Below are positions 1 through 12,920 of a stretch of DNA of 64,000 bases, one piece after another. A program made the translations under genes and the position numbers. Numbering within the stretch: position 1 is the first letter of the stretch; every line of letters begins with the position of its first letter. The notes beneath the pieces were generated by a model. It made no database searches and was not told where the DNA came from. It saw nothing but the letters and a program-made list of their open reading frames with translations. The DNA is from the human T2T-CHM13v2.0 reference genome, Homo sapiens: the NCBI RefSeq assembly GCF_009914755.1, contig NC_060937.1. The stretch is one strand, 5' to 3'.

Positions 1-1111
1 CTTGGGCCCCACATAATTTAGCTATTGTGATGTATCACTGGGCCAATCACCTAGTCAATAGGAAGCTTCTGCCAAGACCCTGACTACTGAGGGCCTTGTG
101 ACATAGCTCTGCATTTATCACCTAGAAAATATGATCCCCCCCATTTCTGCCTGAACCCTGCTCACAAGAAAAATTGTAGCATACTTCTGGGCCCAGCAAA
201 CAGGTGATGTGTTTCACCTGCCTGTGCTTAGTTCACAGGGAAAATTGTGACATATCACTGGGCCCAGAACCCAGGTGAGGTGACTCTGCTGCATGTGTCG
301 TGCTTTCAGGAGAGAACAAGAACATATCCCTGGCAGAACTCTTAGGGATGTGACTCTCTTGCCTTGTCCCTGTCCTCAGGGAAGACTGCAACATGTCCCT
401 GACACAGACCCAGGTGATGAGACTCTCCTGCTTCTGACTACCCAAATGTGAGATTGTCACATATATTTTGGCCTAGCATGTAGGTGTGATGATGACATTC
501 ATACCTTAAACCAACCAATAGCAGAGATACTTTCTCTCACAGCCAGGCTTAACAAAACTTGCAAAATTATGGGTCTTCTCTTACTATGAAGGTCAGAGAA
601 AGTAAGCACTCTTGCATATCCTATAAAGCACTCAGATGGTACAGTGTTATCACAGGGCCCAGAACACAGGTGAGATTGTGTTCTCTGTGTGCACACCCAC
701 CAATCATCAGAATTGTCATTCCTACACAGGAACAGAGGTGATTAGGGAGGTCTAAACCTCATACCTGAATGCCGTCCACAGCGGGAATTGTAACTATCAC
801 ATGTGAACATCCAGTCACAGTTGGGATAGTGACTTATTTCTGAACCCAGTTTACAGCCAAGTAAAGATCCTCTTATCTGAATCCAGCCAGCTGGAGAGAT
901 GTTGACTCTCATACCTGGACTTATGGCCACAGGTATGATCATAGGTTCATATCAGCATGAAGACCTCAGAGTGGATTATGTTTAATGCATACTCTACAAG
1001 GTCCACAGGAGGTACATAGTGTCCTAACAGGGCCCAGCAAACAGGTGAGATTCTAACACTCATGCACACTCTGGTGACAATAAAAGTTACCATCCTCAAA
1101 AATGGGCACAA

Positions 1112-1734
1112 CCGGCGTGACTCAGTGGCTCACGCCTGTAATCGCAGCACTTTGGGAAGCCGAGGCGGACAGATCATGAGATCAGGAGATCAAGACCATC
1201 CTGGCCAACATGGTGAAACCACGTCTCTCTACTATTTATGATTATGATTATGATTATGATTATGATTATTATTTTGAGACAGAGTCTTGCTCTGTCACCC
1301 AGACTGGAGTGCAGTGGCACCATCTAGGCTTACTGCAACATCCGCCTCCCTGGTTCAAACAATTCTCTTGTTTCAGCTTCCCAAGTAGCAGGGACTACAG
1401 GCTCATGCCACCATTCCCAGCTAATTTTTGTATTTTTAGTGGAGACGGGGTTTCACCATATTAATTAGGCTGGTCTCAAACTCCTGACCTCAGGTGATCC
1501 ACCCACCTCGACCTCCCAAAGTGCTGGGATTACAGGCATGGGACACTGTGCCTGGCCACCCCATCTCTACTAAAAATACAAAAATTAGCTGAGCATCGTG
1601 GCACGTACCTGCAATCCCAGCTACTCGGGAAGCTGAGGCAAGAGAGTTGCTTGAACCCAGGAGGCAGAGGTTGCAGAGAGCCGAGATCGGCCCACTGCAC
1701 TCCAGCCTGGCGATAGAGTGAGACTCCGTCTCAA
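1112..1734 (+). mobile_element. Alu (S-type) split by a nested Alu
   Basis: Left arm 1112-1233 (GTGGCTCACGCCTGTAATC...GGTGAAACC) resumes at 1558 (ACCCCATCTCTACTAAAAATACAAAAATTAGC) and runs to GAGACTCCGTCTCAA. Confidence 0.92.
1234..1557 (-). mobile_element. Alu (S-type) nested in another Alu, with (TTATGA)n tail
   Basis: Full reverse Alu TTTTGAGACAGAGTCTTGCTC...GTGCCTGGCC. Host sequence ACC.C.TCTCTACTA is repeated on both sides as a TSD. Confidence 0.92.
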
Positions 1735-1740
1735 GGGACC

Positions 1741-1745
1741 AAAAG

Positions 1746-1779
<34 letters not shown>

Positions 1780-2036
1780 AAGAAAGAAAGAAAGAAAGGA
1801 AGGAAGGAAGGAAGGAAGGAAGGAAGGAAGGAAGGAAAAGAAAGAAAGAAAGAGAAAGAAAGAAAGGAAAAGAAAGAATTAAAGAAGAAAGAGAAAGAAA
1901 GAAGAAAGAAAGAAGAAAGAAGAAAGAGAAAGAAAGAAGAAAGAAAGAAGAAAGAAGAAAGAAGGAAGGAAGAAAGAAAGAAAGAAAAAGAAAGAAAGAA
2001 AAAAGAAAGAAAGAAGAAGAAGAAAGAAAGAAAGAA

Positions 2037-2104
<68 letters not shown>

Positions 2105-2106
2105 GA
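1741..2106 (+). repeat. Purine-rich (GAAA)n/(GGAA)n microsatellite expanded from the Alu tail
   Basis: About 365 bp of almost pure A/G repeats directly after the Alu 3' end. Confidence 0.97.
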
Positions 2107-5100
2107 AAATTGACTCTCATATATGGATCTTGTCCACAGGTAGGTGGGTGACTCTCAAACCAAAATTCATTACTTCTGTGAGACTGTAACTCTCCTAAGG
2201 GGAGAAGTTCTTCTCAGCCAGAGAAGACTCATTTATGAATCCAGTTCACTGTTGAGATTGGGACTGTTGTACCTAGGCCAAACATACAAATTCTCATACC
2301 TGGAATCCGGACATGTGTGGAGTTGTTCATCTCATCCCTGTCGCTTTCTGCAGGTGGGATTGTGACATACATCTCTGCCCAGCTCCTGAGTGTTTTAGCT
2401 CTGTTTCCTGTGTCCAGCTCACAGATGGGATTCTGATATATCACTGAAGCCAGCACCTAGATGATGTGACTCTTATCTCCTGCCTTGGTGCTGCCCACAG
2501 GGGACATTGGGACATATCACTTGGCCTTGCACCTAGGTAATGTAAGTTTTCTGTCTTGCATTAGTGCTACTCACAGGGGTGTTGTGATGTATTGCTGGGT
2601 CCCACATCCATGTTATGTGACTCTTCTGCCTGTGCCCAGTCCACAATGGCCATTTTGACATATTGTTGCATCCAAAACCTAGATGATCTACCTCTCCTTC
2701 CTGAGCTTTGCCTAAGGGGACATTGTGAAATATCTATGAGCCCATCACCCATGTGGTGTGATTTTCTTCTCCTGCCTAGTCCCTGCTTAAAGAAAGGATT
2801 GTGACATATCACTGTGCCCAGCACCTAGCTCATGTTACTCTTCTTTTGTTTTTTAGGATTTGTTTGGAAGGAGATTGTGATACATTGGTGGGTCCAACTT
2901 CTCGGTGACATTACTCTGTTGACTTTGCTCTGCAAGCAGAAAGCACTGTGACACATTATTGGGCCCAACACCAAGGTGAGTCTCCTGCCTGAAGCCTGCC
3001 TACAGCAATTTGTAACATATGGCATTGGGACATATCTCTGAGCCCATCAACTATTTGACAAGATTCTCCTTTTTTAACAAAGGCTTTGCCCATAGGAGAG
3101 ATTGTGACATAATTCTGAGCCCAGAAAATAGGGGATATTTCTTTTGTTTTCTGCTTGAGCCCCACATTGTGATGTATTTCTCCTCCCAACAACTGAGGGA
3201 AGGGAAAGTCCTGCCTGGGTCTTGCCTACAGGGAGCCTTGTGAAATCTTTCCGCGTTCATCACCTTAAATATGTGACCCTCATCTTCTGCCGTGGCCATG
3301 TTTACAGAAGGGAGAGTGGGTTATTCCTAGACCCAGCACACAGGTCATGTGATTCTGCAACCTGGTGTCTCCAGAGGGGTCATTTTGACATATCTCTAGA
3401 CTCATCAACTAGATAATGTAATGCTCCTCTTCCCCCTGAAACCTATCCATAGTGGAGATTGTGAAATACAGCCTGGCACAGCACCTACATGATGGTACTC
3501 TCTTCTCATGCTTGGGTGCTGCCCACAGGGGTGACTGAAACTTATAGCTGGGTACAGTCTTCAGGTGATGTAACTCTCCTCTATTTTTGGGCCCACACAC
3601 ACAGGGCACTACCATATAGCTCTGCTCCTCAGACCTAGGTGATGTGACTCTGCTGTCTGTTACCTCCTCTTAGGGGAATTGTGATATATTGCTGGGCCCA
3701 GAACCGAGGTGATGTGGCCTTTTCTCTTGCCTGGGCCCTGCATACATGGTGTACAGTAACATATATCTGGGTTGAACACATAGGTGATGTGACTCTTCTG
3801 CATAGGTCTTGCCAACAGGGGTATTATGACATACTCTTCTATTCATTGCCTAGGCGATGTGACTCTCCACTCTTACCTGGGTCCTTCCAAAAGAGGGGAT
3901 TGTGACATATCACTGACCCTAACACCAAGGTAATGTGACTGTTCTCTTTTGCCTGGGTTTGCATATTTTGGGTATTGTGACATATCCCTGGGCCCAACAC
4001 TTAGGGAATAAGAGGTTTATTCCTCTACCTTACGTGCAGTGAAGCTTGTGACATATTTCTGCATTCATCACCAAGAAGATGTGACTCTTCTGCCTGCATC
4101 CTGACCACAGAGAGGATTGTGAAATATTGCTAGATCCAGCATGCAGGTGATGTGTCTCTGCTGCCTGGTTCCTAATGTGAGGAGTGGATTGCAACATACC
4201 AATGCCTGAACATTCAGGTAATGTGACTGTTGCCTGGTCCCTGTCCTCAGGGAAGCGACATATCACTGGCCCAGCGTCCAACTGATTTTACTCTCCTGCT
4301 CTCTTCCTATATGCAGGTGTAATTGTGACATATATCTTGGAACACAACACACAGGTGCAATGATGACATTCATATGTCAAACCAGCCAATAGAAGAGATA
4401 CTGCTTCTCCTAGCTACACTTAGGGAAATGAAAAAAAACCCTGGGTCTCCTCGCTAAGATCATCCACTCTCTCATATATTACAGAAAGCCCTCGGGTGGT
4501 AGAGAGTCTTATCACAGGGCCCAGCACACAGGTGAAATTTGTTACTCCTATGCGCACCCTGCACCCTCCTGACCATTATGATTTTCACCCTCACATATAA
4601 ACAGAACCCACTGGTGAGGTCCTGAATTTCACACATGAATGCAGTTTATAGTTGGAATTGCGAATCTCATATGTAAAGATCTGGCCAGAGTTGGAATGGG
4701 AACTTCGTTATAAACCCAGCGCATAGAAAGCTGATGATTCTCTTATCTGGACCCCGCCAATTGTAAAGATGTTGACTCATATATAGGCTTAGGGCCACAG
4801 GTTTGATCATGGGTCCATACCAGCATGAAAATCTCTGAAAGAATTGAGACTGTCATGCATACAACATAAAGCCGTCAGGTGCAACACAGAAAGTCCTAAT
4901 AGGGCTCAGCACACAGTAATATAATGACATTGGGATGCACACCCAGCCAACATTAAAGATTGTTGTTCTTTCACATGATCATAGTTCACTTTTGAGGCTC
5001 TGAATCCCATACCCAAAGGCAGATTGAAAAGTTGAAAAATTGACTCTCATATTTGAGAGTCACAGATGTGTTGATGACTCTCAGATCATGAGTCAGCACA

Positions 5101-8100
5101 CCTAGGAAGCTGTGATTTCAATTAGGGGACAAAGTACGCAAGAGAAAATGGGGCTGCCATGCACAAATTTAGTCCACTATTGAGATAGTGACTTGTGTAC
5201 TTAGATCAAACATACAGAAGGTGTTCACTCTCATGCGTAAAACCAGAATATGTGCGGGATTCATCCCATATCTGGACTTTCCTGCAGGTGTCATTGTGAC
5301 AAGCATACACATTTGTCCATCACCTGAGTGATTAGACTCTTCTGTTTAAGCCCAGCTCACAAATAAATTTGGGACATATCATTGGACCTAGAACATAGGT
5401 GATGTGGCTCTATTCTCTTGCCTTCGTGCTGCCCACAGGGAGCATTGTAACGTATCACTGAACTTAACACCTAGGAGATTAGAGGCTCCTGCCTGAACTC
5501 TGTCCACAGTGAGCCTTGTAGCATATTTCTGCTTCCAACACCAGATGATGTGACTCTCCTTTCTGCCTGCACCTTGCCCACAGGAAAGATTCTGACATAT
5601 CACTGGGCCCAGTAATCAGTAATCAGGTGATGTTTCTCTCCTGCTATGGCCTTGCCCACAGGGAGTGTGGTGACATATCACTGAGCTCAATATTCAGGTG
5701 ATTTGACTCTGCTGCTTGTACTCTGATTTCAGGAGGGGATTGTAACATATCCCCTGTGAGCACACAAGTGATGGGACTCCCCTCCTAGCCTCTGACCTCA
5801 GAAAACATTGTTACATATCCCTGGCCCAGCCTTAGGTATGTGACTCTCCTACCTGTTCCCTGCCATCAGGGAAGATATTGACAGATCTCAGGCCAAGCAT
5901 CCTGGTGACGTGACTCTCCTGTTCACTCCGTACCCACAGGAGAGATTGAAACATATATCTTGGCCAGCTCACAGGTGTAATAATGACTCTCATACCTCAA
6001 ACCTGCCACTAAGAGAAATGCTGTTTTTCATAGGGAGGCTTTGGAAAATCGGTAGGTCCTAAATCTTCTCTTTGTATGAGGGTCTTAGAGGAATACCACT
6101 CTCTCTTATATTATATAAAGCCCTTAAATGGTACAAAGAGTGTTATCACAGGGATATGTTGCATAACCTAGGGGAGGGGCCCAGTTATATGTCACAATTA
6201 GCCCAGGGGGCAGGGCACAGGCATGAGAAGAATCTCACCACATATGTGCTGGCCTAAGTGATACATCATCATCCCCACTGTGGACAGGTCGCAGTAAGAA
6301 CAGGAGAGTCACATCATTCTTATAATGGTCTCAGAGATACATCACAATGACTCCCCTGGGCAGAAACAAGGGATAAGAGTCACATCACCTGTGGGCTAGG
6401 CCCAGAGATGTCACTCTTACTTCTGTGGGCATGTCTCAGGCTGGAGAGGAGAATCACATTACCTAAGCACTGGATCAAGAAATACTTCACAATCTTTCTC
6501 ATGGCGAAAGCCCAGGTAAGAGAATAGAGCCATATCAAATAGTTCATGGGCTCAGAGATATGTCACAATGCTCCCTGTGGGCAGGGTTCAGGTAGGACAA
6601 TCACATTACCTTGGTGCTTGTTCAGCAATATATCCCAAAGCCTTCTGAGGGCAGAGCCAAGACAAAAGAGTAAAATCATTTTGGTGTTTTACAAATCGAT
6701 ATGTCACAATCTCCCCCGAGGGCAGAACCTGAAAAAAGGGAAGAGTCACATTAGCTAAATGCTGAGCCGGGTGATAAGTCACAATTCACCCTGTAGGCAG
6801 AGACTAGACAGAAGATAGAGTCACATCATCTAGTGGCTGGTGCAGAGATATGCCACCATGCCCTCTCTAGGCAGAGTTCAGACAGGAGAGTTATGTCACC
6901 TGTGTTTTGGACCCAGAAATATGTCACAAAAGCCCATGGACAGAGCACAGGAAAGACAGTCACATAACCTGAATATCAGCTTCAGTGGTATGACCTAATG
7001 CCTCCTGTGAGCGTTCCAAGGCAGGAGAGGAGACTCACATTACCTGTGTGCAAGGCCCAGTGATACGTCACACGGAGGAGTACCACTGTCTTGCATATTG
7101 TGTAAACTATGGTAGAGAAATTGTCACCACAGGGCTCGCCACACTGGTGAGATTATACTTCTCAGATGCACACCACACCAATATTCAGGATGGTCTCTAT
7201 CACACGTGGAGAGAGCCCACTCTTGAGGTCCTGAATTACACATGCAGACACAGTCCACAACTGGGATTGTGACTTTCATATGTGAACATCCAGCCACAGG
7301 TGGGATGGTGACTCATTTTTAAACGCAGCTCATAGGCAGTTAAGAACTCTTATTTGGACCCATCCAAGTAGAAAGATGTTGACTGTCATACCAGGGCTTA
7401 AAGCTAAAGGTACAAGGAGGGGTCCGTGCCTGCTTAAGGTTTCAGAGAGAATTGTTACACTCATGCATACTCTATAAAGGCTGCATATGGTGAAGAGAGT
7501 GTCCTGACAGGGCCCAGAACAAAAGTAGATTGTGACACTCATATCTACTCTGAGCCAAGAGTAAAAATTGTCATCTTTTCACATGAACACAGCCCACTGT
7601 TGAGGTTCCAAATCTCACACCTGGAGGTGGTTGAGAGATGAATAATTGACTCTCATAAGTGGATGCGATCCATGTTTGAGTCAGTGACTCTAAAACCAAC
7701 ATTCAGCAAACACGTGAGGCTGTGACTCCATTAAGGGGCCACGGTCCTCGGGAAAGACTGAAGCTGCCATGCACAGATCCAGTGCACCATTGAGACTGTG
7801 ACTTCTACACTTAGACCCAACAAACACAATGTGTTTGCTCTCACACCTAGATATGGGACATGTGCAGGATTGTCAGTCTCAACCCTGGACTTTCCTGGAG
7901 GTATAACTGTGAAACATATCTCGGCCCAGCTCGTGAGTGACTTGACTCTTCTGCGTAGCCCAGCCCATGATAAAATTCTGACATTATTGAACCCAGCACC
8001 TATGACCCCCCTCTTCTGCCTGGGTCCTGTCAAAAAGAGAGATTGTAACAAATCACTGGGACAAGCACCCACATGATGTGACTCTCCTCTTTTCCCTGGG

Positions 8101-8830
8101 CCCTGCATATTTTGTATATTGTGACATACTGCTGGGCATAATACCTAGGGAATTGATGGCTACTGCCTGAGCCCTGTTCACAGGGGGCCTTGTGACATCT
8201 CTCTGCATTCATCACCTAGAAAAAGTGTGTGCACCCTGCCTACAAAGAAGATTGTAGCAGATCACTTGTCCTAGCAACCAAGTGATGCGAGTCTCCTGTC
8301 CTGCCTTGGTGCTGCTCACAGGGGACATTATAACATATACTTGGTGCTGGCCCCATGTTTCGTAATTTTTCTGCCAGGGGTCTACCATATAAGCTATATT
8401 GCTGGGTCCAACACCCAGGTCATGCAGCTCTCCTTTCTGTGCTCTGCCTACAGGGGACATTGTGACTTATCTCTGCACCCATCACTCAGGTGATGTGACT
8501 TGCTTCTGCTGACTGATTCCTGTTCAAGTGGAGATTGTGACATATCAATGGGGGCACCATCTAGCTGATGTAACTATTCTCTTCTGCCTAGGTTCTTCCT
8601 GCAGTGGAAATTGTGATGTATCACTGGGCTTAACACCAAAGTGACATTAATTTTTTGCCTTGGTTCTTCCCTCAGAAGACATTGTAATATATTGCTGGGC
8701 TCAGCACCAAAACGATGTGGATTTCCTGTCTGGACCCTGCATACAGGAGTCCCTGTGACATATCTCTTGACTCATCAACTATTTGATGTGACTCTCCTCT
8801 GTTCCCTGAGCTTTGCCTATAGGAAAGCGT

Positions 8831-9158
8831 CAGCCTGGACTCCAGAGTCAGCCACCCACCCCTGCACAGACAAGGAGAGGTCTCATTAAGCTTCAGCACA
8901 GTCTGGGACCATAGCTTTTTTTGTAACGATTTGTTCAGCATGAGGCCCACTCACAAGGGCCCTTCATGACTGGACTCAAGGAAAACGAAAAGGCCTACTT
9001 GTTTTTGCGATTTTCTGTTGTTTTTCAATAACTATTTCTCAGAAACAGTGCTGGATGAATTCCACAAGGGGTTCACACAACCTGTTCCAGGACTTAGTGA
9101 CCATTGTTTCTGTCCATGTTCATTGAGTTCAAATTTAATATTTAACTTTTCCTCTTCA
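8831..9158 (-). mobile_element. 3' LTR (truncated; R/U5 lost at the satellite junction)
   Basis: Ends AAATTTAATATTTAACTTTTCCTCTTCA; homologous to 12143-12646, 39671-40226 and 43683-44231. Confidence 0.85.
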
Positions 9159-9169
9159 TTCAGCCTCAA

Positions 9170-10140
9170 TTTGACACTGAATCATAGGAAAATATTTTTA
9201 CAGTTATACGGGGAAGTCACAACTGGTATAGATTACAGATAGAGCAGAGGAGAATTAAAAGCACAATTAATAGAAACCACACCCACCACGGCCAACGCCA
9301 ATGCTAGTTTGACAGCCAGTCCATGATGGGGTCCTGATGGTTAGATTCTAACTGTTTTACTTGTCCTTGCATGTCTTCGGCAAGGAGAGTAATACTGCGA
9401 GAACTGTCAGGGATACACACAACATTCAGAATGCAGCAAGACTCAAACCCCTCCTTGGGCTGCGGTAAACATACCTAATGCCATTCGATTTTGCAACACA
9501 ACAGTACACAGCTGAACAAGTTCTTCTGATAACAACAGAAGTCCAGTGCTACTATCTTAGGAGCTTTTACTATATGTGGACTTAATATTTTAATTTGTTG
9601 CTGAAGCAGGATTGTATGAGGGGCAAGGGAGAATACTGTGATAGTTTTCCACCACCAGGGAGTCTGGCACGTTCATAACCAGCTACCTTTGTAAGCATCT
9701 AGATTATTGGGGAAGGGAATATTATCCCGGATGGTGAATGGAATTAATGGCACCCCCAAGTGAATATCCCCATCCAATAAGGGGGCAGGTAGGCCACCCA
9801 TAGGGTCTGCATACCCAGAGGGCCCCCTAGGGGACAGCAATGGTTATACTACAATTATAGTGTATTAAGATGTTATTAAAGTAGCAAAGGAAGTCCAGGT
9901 TGGATTGCAAGTGTTGTTGTTTTGGCCCCATTTGTAGTGACAGAGCCATTCAGAAATATTGGCAAGGACAACTCTGCAAGGCAGTCCATTTCCTGTGGCC
10001 TCTGGCAATTTGATGCATAGCCAGCATTGACTGTGGTTGGCTTCTGTCGCAGTGGTTGCTGCCCAGTTGATGAATTCACTCTCCACCTCAGACCTGATGA
10101 CCCAGGTACTGATTACTAGTAGACAGGTTATTCTCTGTAA
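9170..10140 (-). pseudogene. ERV env remnant (gamma-type SU CWLC motif; TM immunosuppressive domain)
   Basis: HSQCWLCIKLP in ORF 9865-10146. LQNRMALGMFTAAQGGV*VLLHSECCVY at ~9496-9413. TPWWW just after a decayed furin site near 9660. Stops and frameshifts throughout. Confidence 0.85.
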
Positions 10141-10580
10141 CAACAAAACTGAAGGGGAACATGATATTGTTTTTCATTTTTAGGAAACTGTACTACCCTT
10201 TTATTTTCTGCTCCCATAGCTACAAGGTCACCAGCCTTAGGAGTGGGATCTGATGGAGGCTGTATCCATATTTTCGCTCCAGGATTTAAGCTACCTATAC
10301 CAGTGGATCTTAATTTCCCAGTTCTGTACGTAGCCTCTGTTGGGGCAGAGATTTCCTCAGGGGTTAATTGTTAACAAGGTACCAGGTACCACTGACAATT
10401 GAGCAACCCGAATCTGCAGTCTTGTAACAAAAGAATGTGGAGTGGTATTGTGTAAAGTGAACTTTAACTCTTCCTGGTAATCATTATCAATTATACCACC
10501 ATACATTATAATGTGTCTCATCGCCAGGCTTGAATGTGTTGTAATCCATTCACCCACATTCAAGTTTGCATTTATGCTGG
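10140..10580 (-). pseudogene. ERV dUTPase remnant plus pol C-terminal tail
   Basis: HSSLA, GGIIDNDYQEELK, RVAQL and RTGKLRSTG match dUTPase motifs 2-5, followed by LNPGAKIWIQPP like the ERV-L pol C-terminus. Confidence 0.8.
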
Positions 10581-10589
10581 AAATTTTGG

Positions 10590-11830
10590 CCTGTTGATCT
10601 ACCTGCTGTTTAGCCTGTCAAGAGAATGCAGAGATGCATGAGAATCAATATGAAAAACAGCAATAATAGTAATGTGCATCAGGATTCAGGTATCTTCCTA
10701 GTATTGTTTTCTCCAAACCTCTTTATTCATTATTCACCATTTGTTTCATTGCCATTCGGGCAACTAGGTAGTAAGACCATTTTCTGCTGACCAACAGTCG
10801 GTATACAAGCAACAAATTGCTCTGGCCTCCTCCTGAATAGTTCGGAGGATGGCTTCTAGTTCAGCCAGCTGGCTGCTCACACCCCTCCCTTCATCAGAAA
10901 CGCTTATGTTTTTAACAGGATTATAAGCCACGGCCTCCCAGCATCAGGTCCCATCAATGTATTTGGTGGAACCATCAGTAACCAAGCGTGTTTCTGATCC
11001 TCTGGGCTTAGTTCTTTAAAGGATTTGCCCCATTGGGCAGGGGAGGTTTCCTTCCCTATAAGCAGGACTTGCCCTGTGGTTTCCTGAGTTGGCAAGTTTT
11101 GCACATCTTCATGTAAAAATGATACCGCTTTTAGTTCTGGCTTATCCTGGTCTTGTATGTACCATTTCCATTTTATGATACTACATTCTTGAGTGTACCC
11201 TATCCAATGGGTTTTGAGGGAGCTCATGACCCAAGTCATAATAGGAATTTGGGGCCTCATAAAAACATCATGATTAAAACAAAGGTGTTCTGCTTCCTTC
11301 AAGCGCAGTAGCAGGCCAACAGCTGCTTCTCAAAGAGTATAAGCTTTGCCAGCCTCTGGCAGCTTCTGGGTCTAAAACTCCAAAGGTATCTTCTTCCCAT
11401 CTTGTTTCTACCTAAGGCTCCAATTAAGATGTTGATGCAGGACAGTTACTTGCAGTTCTGTTGACTCATCCTATAAGGGCCATAGATCCAGGGCCAGTTG
11501 CTCAGCTTGTTTTGCTTGTTGAAAAGCCAGGCTGTCTTTCTCTCTCCAGTGATATTCATAGTGTTTTCTAGTGACTGCATGCAGAGGTTGTAATATGTTA
11601 CCCAAGTGGGGAATATGATGTCTCCAGAATCCAAACAAGCCAATACAATTTTGGACCTCCTTTTCAGTGGTAGGGCTGCAAATTCTAGTATTTTAGCATT
11701 AGCCTTTGGTAAAATGGACTGTTTCCCTGCAGTCCATAGGATGCCAAGGAACTTTACACTTTGTGCAGGCCATTGAATTTTATTAGAGTTAACTTCCCAT
11801 CCTTGAGATAGGATTTGGGTTTTTACCCTC
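10590..11830 (-). pseudogene. ERV-L-type pol remnant (RT C-terminal part, tether, RNase H)
   Basis: GWEVNSNKIQWPAQSVKFLGILW at ~11810-11735; MRPQIPIMTWV...SIIKWKWYIQD (ORF 10904-11302); decayed TDGS RNase H motif near 10975. Confidence 0.85.
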
Positions 11831-12142
11831 TTCTGCCCTGAAAACTGACTAGTTATTCAGTTTTACCCTGACTGGGCAACTCAGACAGCTGCTTTTTCAG
11901 CAATAGGCTGATAGCTTTGAGCCTGATCAGTCAAGACAGGCCTGGCATGGTACCAGGGCCAGTCTGGAAGTCAGATTAAAATTTTCCTTTTCCAGCTTAC
12001 ATTTCTCTTGTAACAACCAGTCCCTATATTGACACTTTAACTTATAAGCAGTAAGCAAGCATCATCAATGCTGGGAAATTCCCTCAGCATTACAATTACC
12101 AACTGGGACTCCCTGCTGCACCTCACGCACAGCCAGTGATTC

Positions 12143-12646
12143 AAACAAACTTTATCCCACTTAAATGGCAATGCAGATATAATAAGCAAATATATAAACA
12201 AGTTGCAATGGGACGGGGAGAAGGGAAAAGATATATATATATATTTAAACTCACCAAACTATGGAGGATTCACCACGAGACTGTGAAGCAACAGCCTGGG
12301 CTCCAGATTGGCCACTCATCCGTCCACAGACAACGTGAGATCTCATGAAGCTTTGGCGCAGTCTGGAACCCCAGCTCTTTTTGTAATGAGTTATTTGGCA
12401 TGAAGTCCGGTCAGGAAGGCTATTCACAACGGGGCTCAAGGAACACAAAAAGGTCAACTTGTTTTTTTGATTGTCTATTGTTTTTCAATAACTAAGATAT
12501 AGGAATAAATTGAAATAGAGATTTATCTGAAACAGCGCTGGATGAGGGCTTCAAGGGGCTCACACAACCTGTTCCGGGACTTGGTGACCATTGTTTGAGT
12601 CCATGTTCAATTGAGTTCAAATTTAATATTTACCTTTTACTCCAAA
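12143..12646 (-). mobile_element. 5' LTR (U5 end and PBS deleted)
   Basis: Homologous to the other three LTR copies; homology stops at ~12143, before the LTR end seen at 43683. Confidence 0.85.
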
Positions 12647-12786
12647 AAGTGTCAAAAGTAATTCCTTCAAATGCAGGAAATTATGTAGCTACTCACAAAC
12701 TAAACTTCTCAAACAAAAGTCATAAATAGAGTACAGAGATAAAAAATAAAATAAAATCTAACTACATCTGTCTACAGGGGATTCAA

Positions 12787-12920
12787 TTTATTTATTTATT
12801 TATTTATTTATTTTAGAGACATGGTATTGCTTTGTTTCCCAGGCTGGTCTCAAACTTCTGGGCTCAAGTTAACCTCCCACCTCAATCTCCTAAAATGCTC
12901 GGATGACAGATATGAGCCAT
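12787..12920 (-). mobile_element. Alu monomer (FLAM-like) with (TTTA)n tail
   Basis: TTTTAGAGACATGG...CCCAGGCTGGTCTCAAACTTCTGGGCTCAAG...ATGAGCCA. Confidence 0.8.

Larger units (their letters stand above)
1..8830. repeat. Diverged beta-satellite-like (BSR/Beta-type) composite: ~70-bp monomer blocks alternating with a longer related spacer unit
   Basis: Recurring GTGACATATCACTGGGCCCAG...AGGTGATGTGACTCTCCTGCCT...ACAGGGG motif at ~68-72 bp period. Spacer unit starting AGGTG..ATGATGACATTCATA recurs at ~481, ~4352 and ~5972. Monomers are reversed at ~6154-7070. Confidence 0.85.
8831..12646 (-). mobile_element. Defective class III endogenous retrovirus (ERV-L/HERV-S-like, probably HERVL66 with LTR66) with large internal deletions
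   Basis: Two homologous LTRs (12143-12646 and 8831-9158) flank pol, dUTPase and env remnants in retroviral order on the minus strand. Confidence 0.85.

Noticed and set aside
1731-2120. 129-aa Phe/Leu/Ser-rich ORF resembling a membrane protein
   Set aside because: It is the antisense translation of the (GAAA)n microsatellite.
9865-10146. Domesticated syncytin-like env gene
   Set aside because: Env is fragmented by stops and frameshifts, including a stop inside the ISD/CX6CC region.
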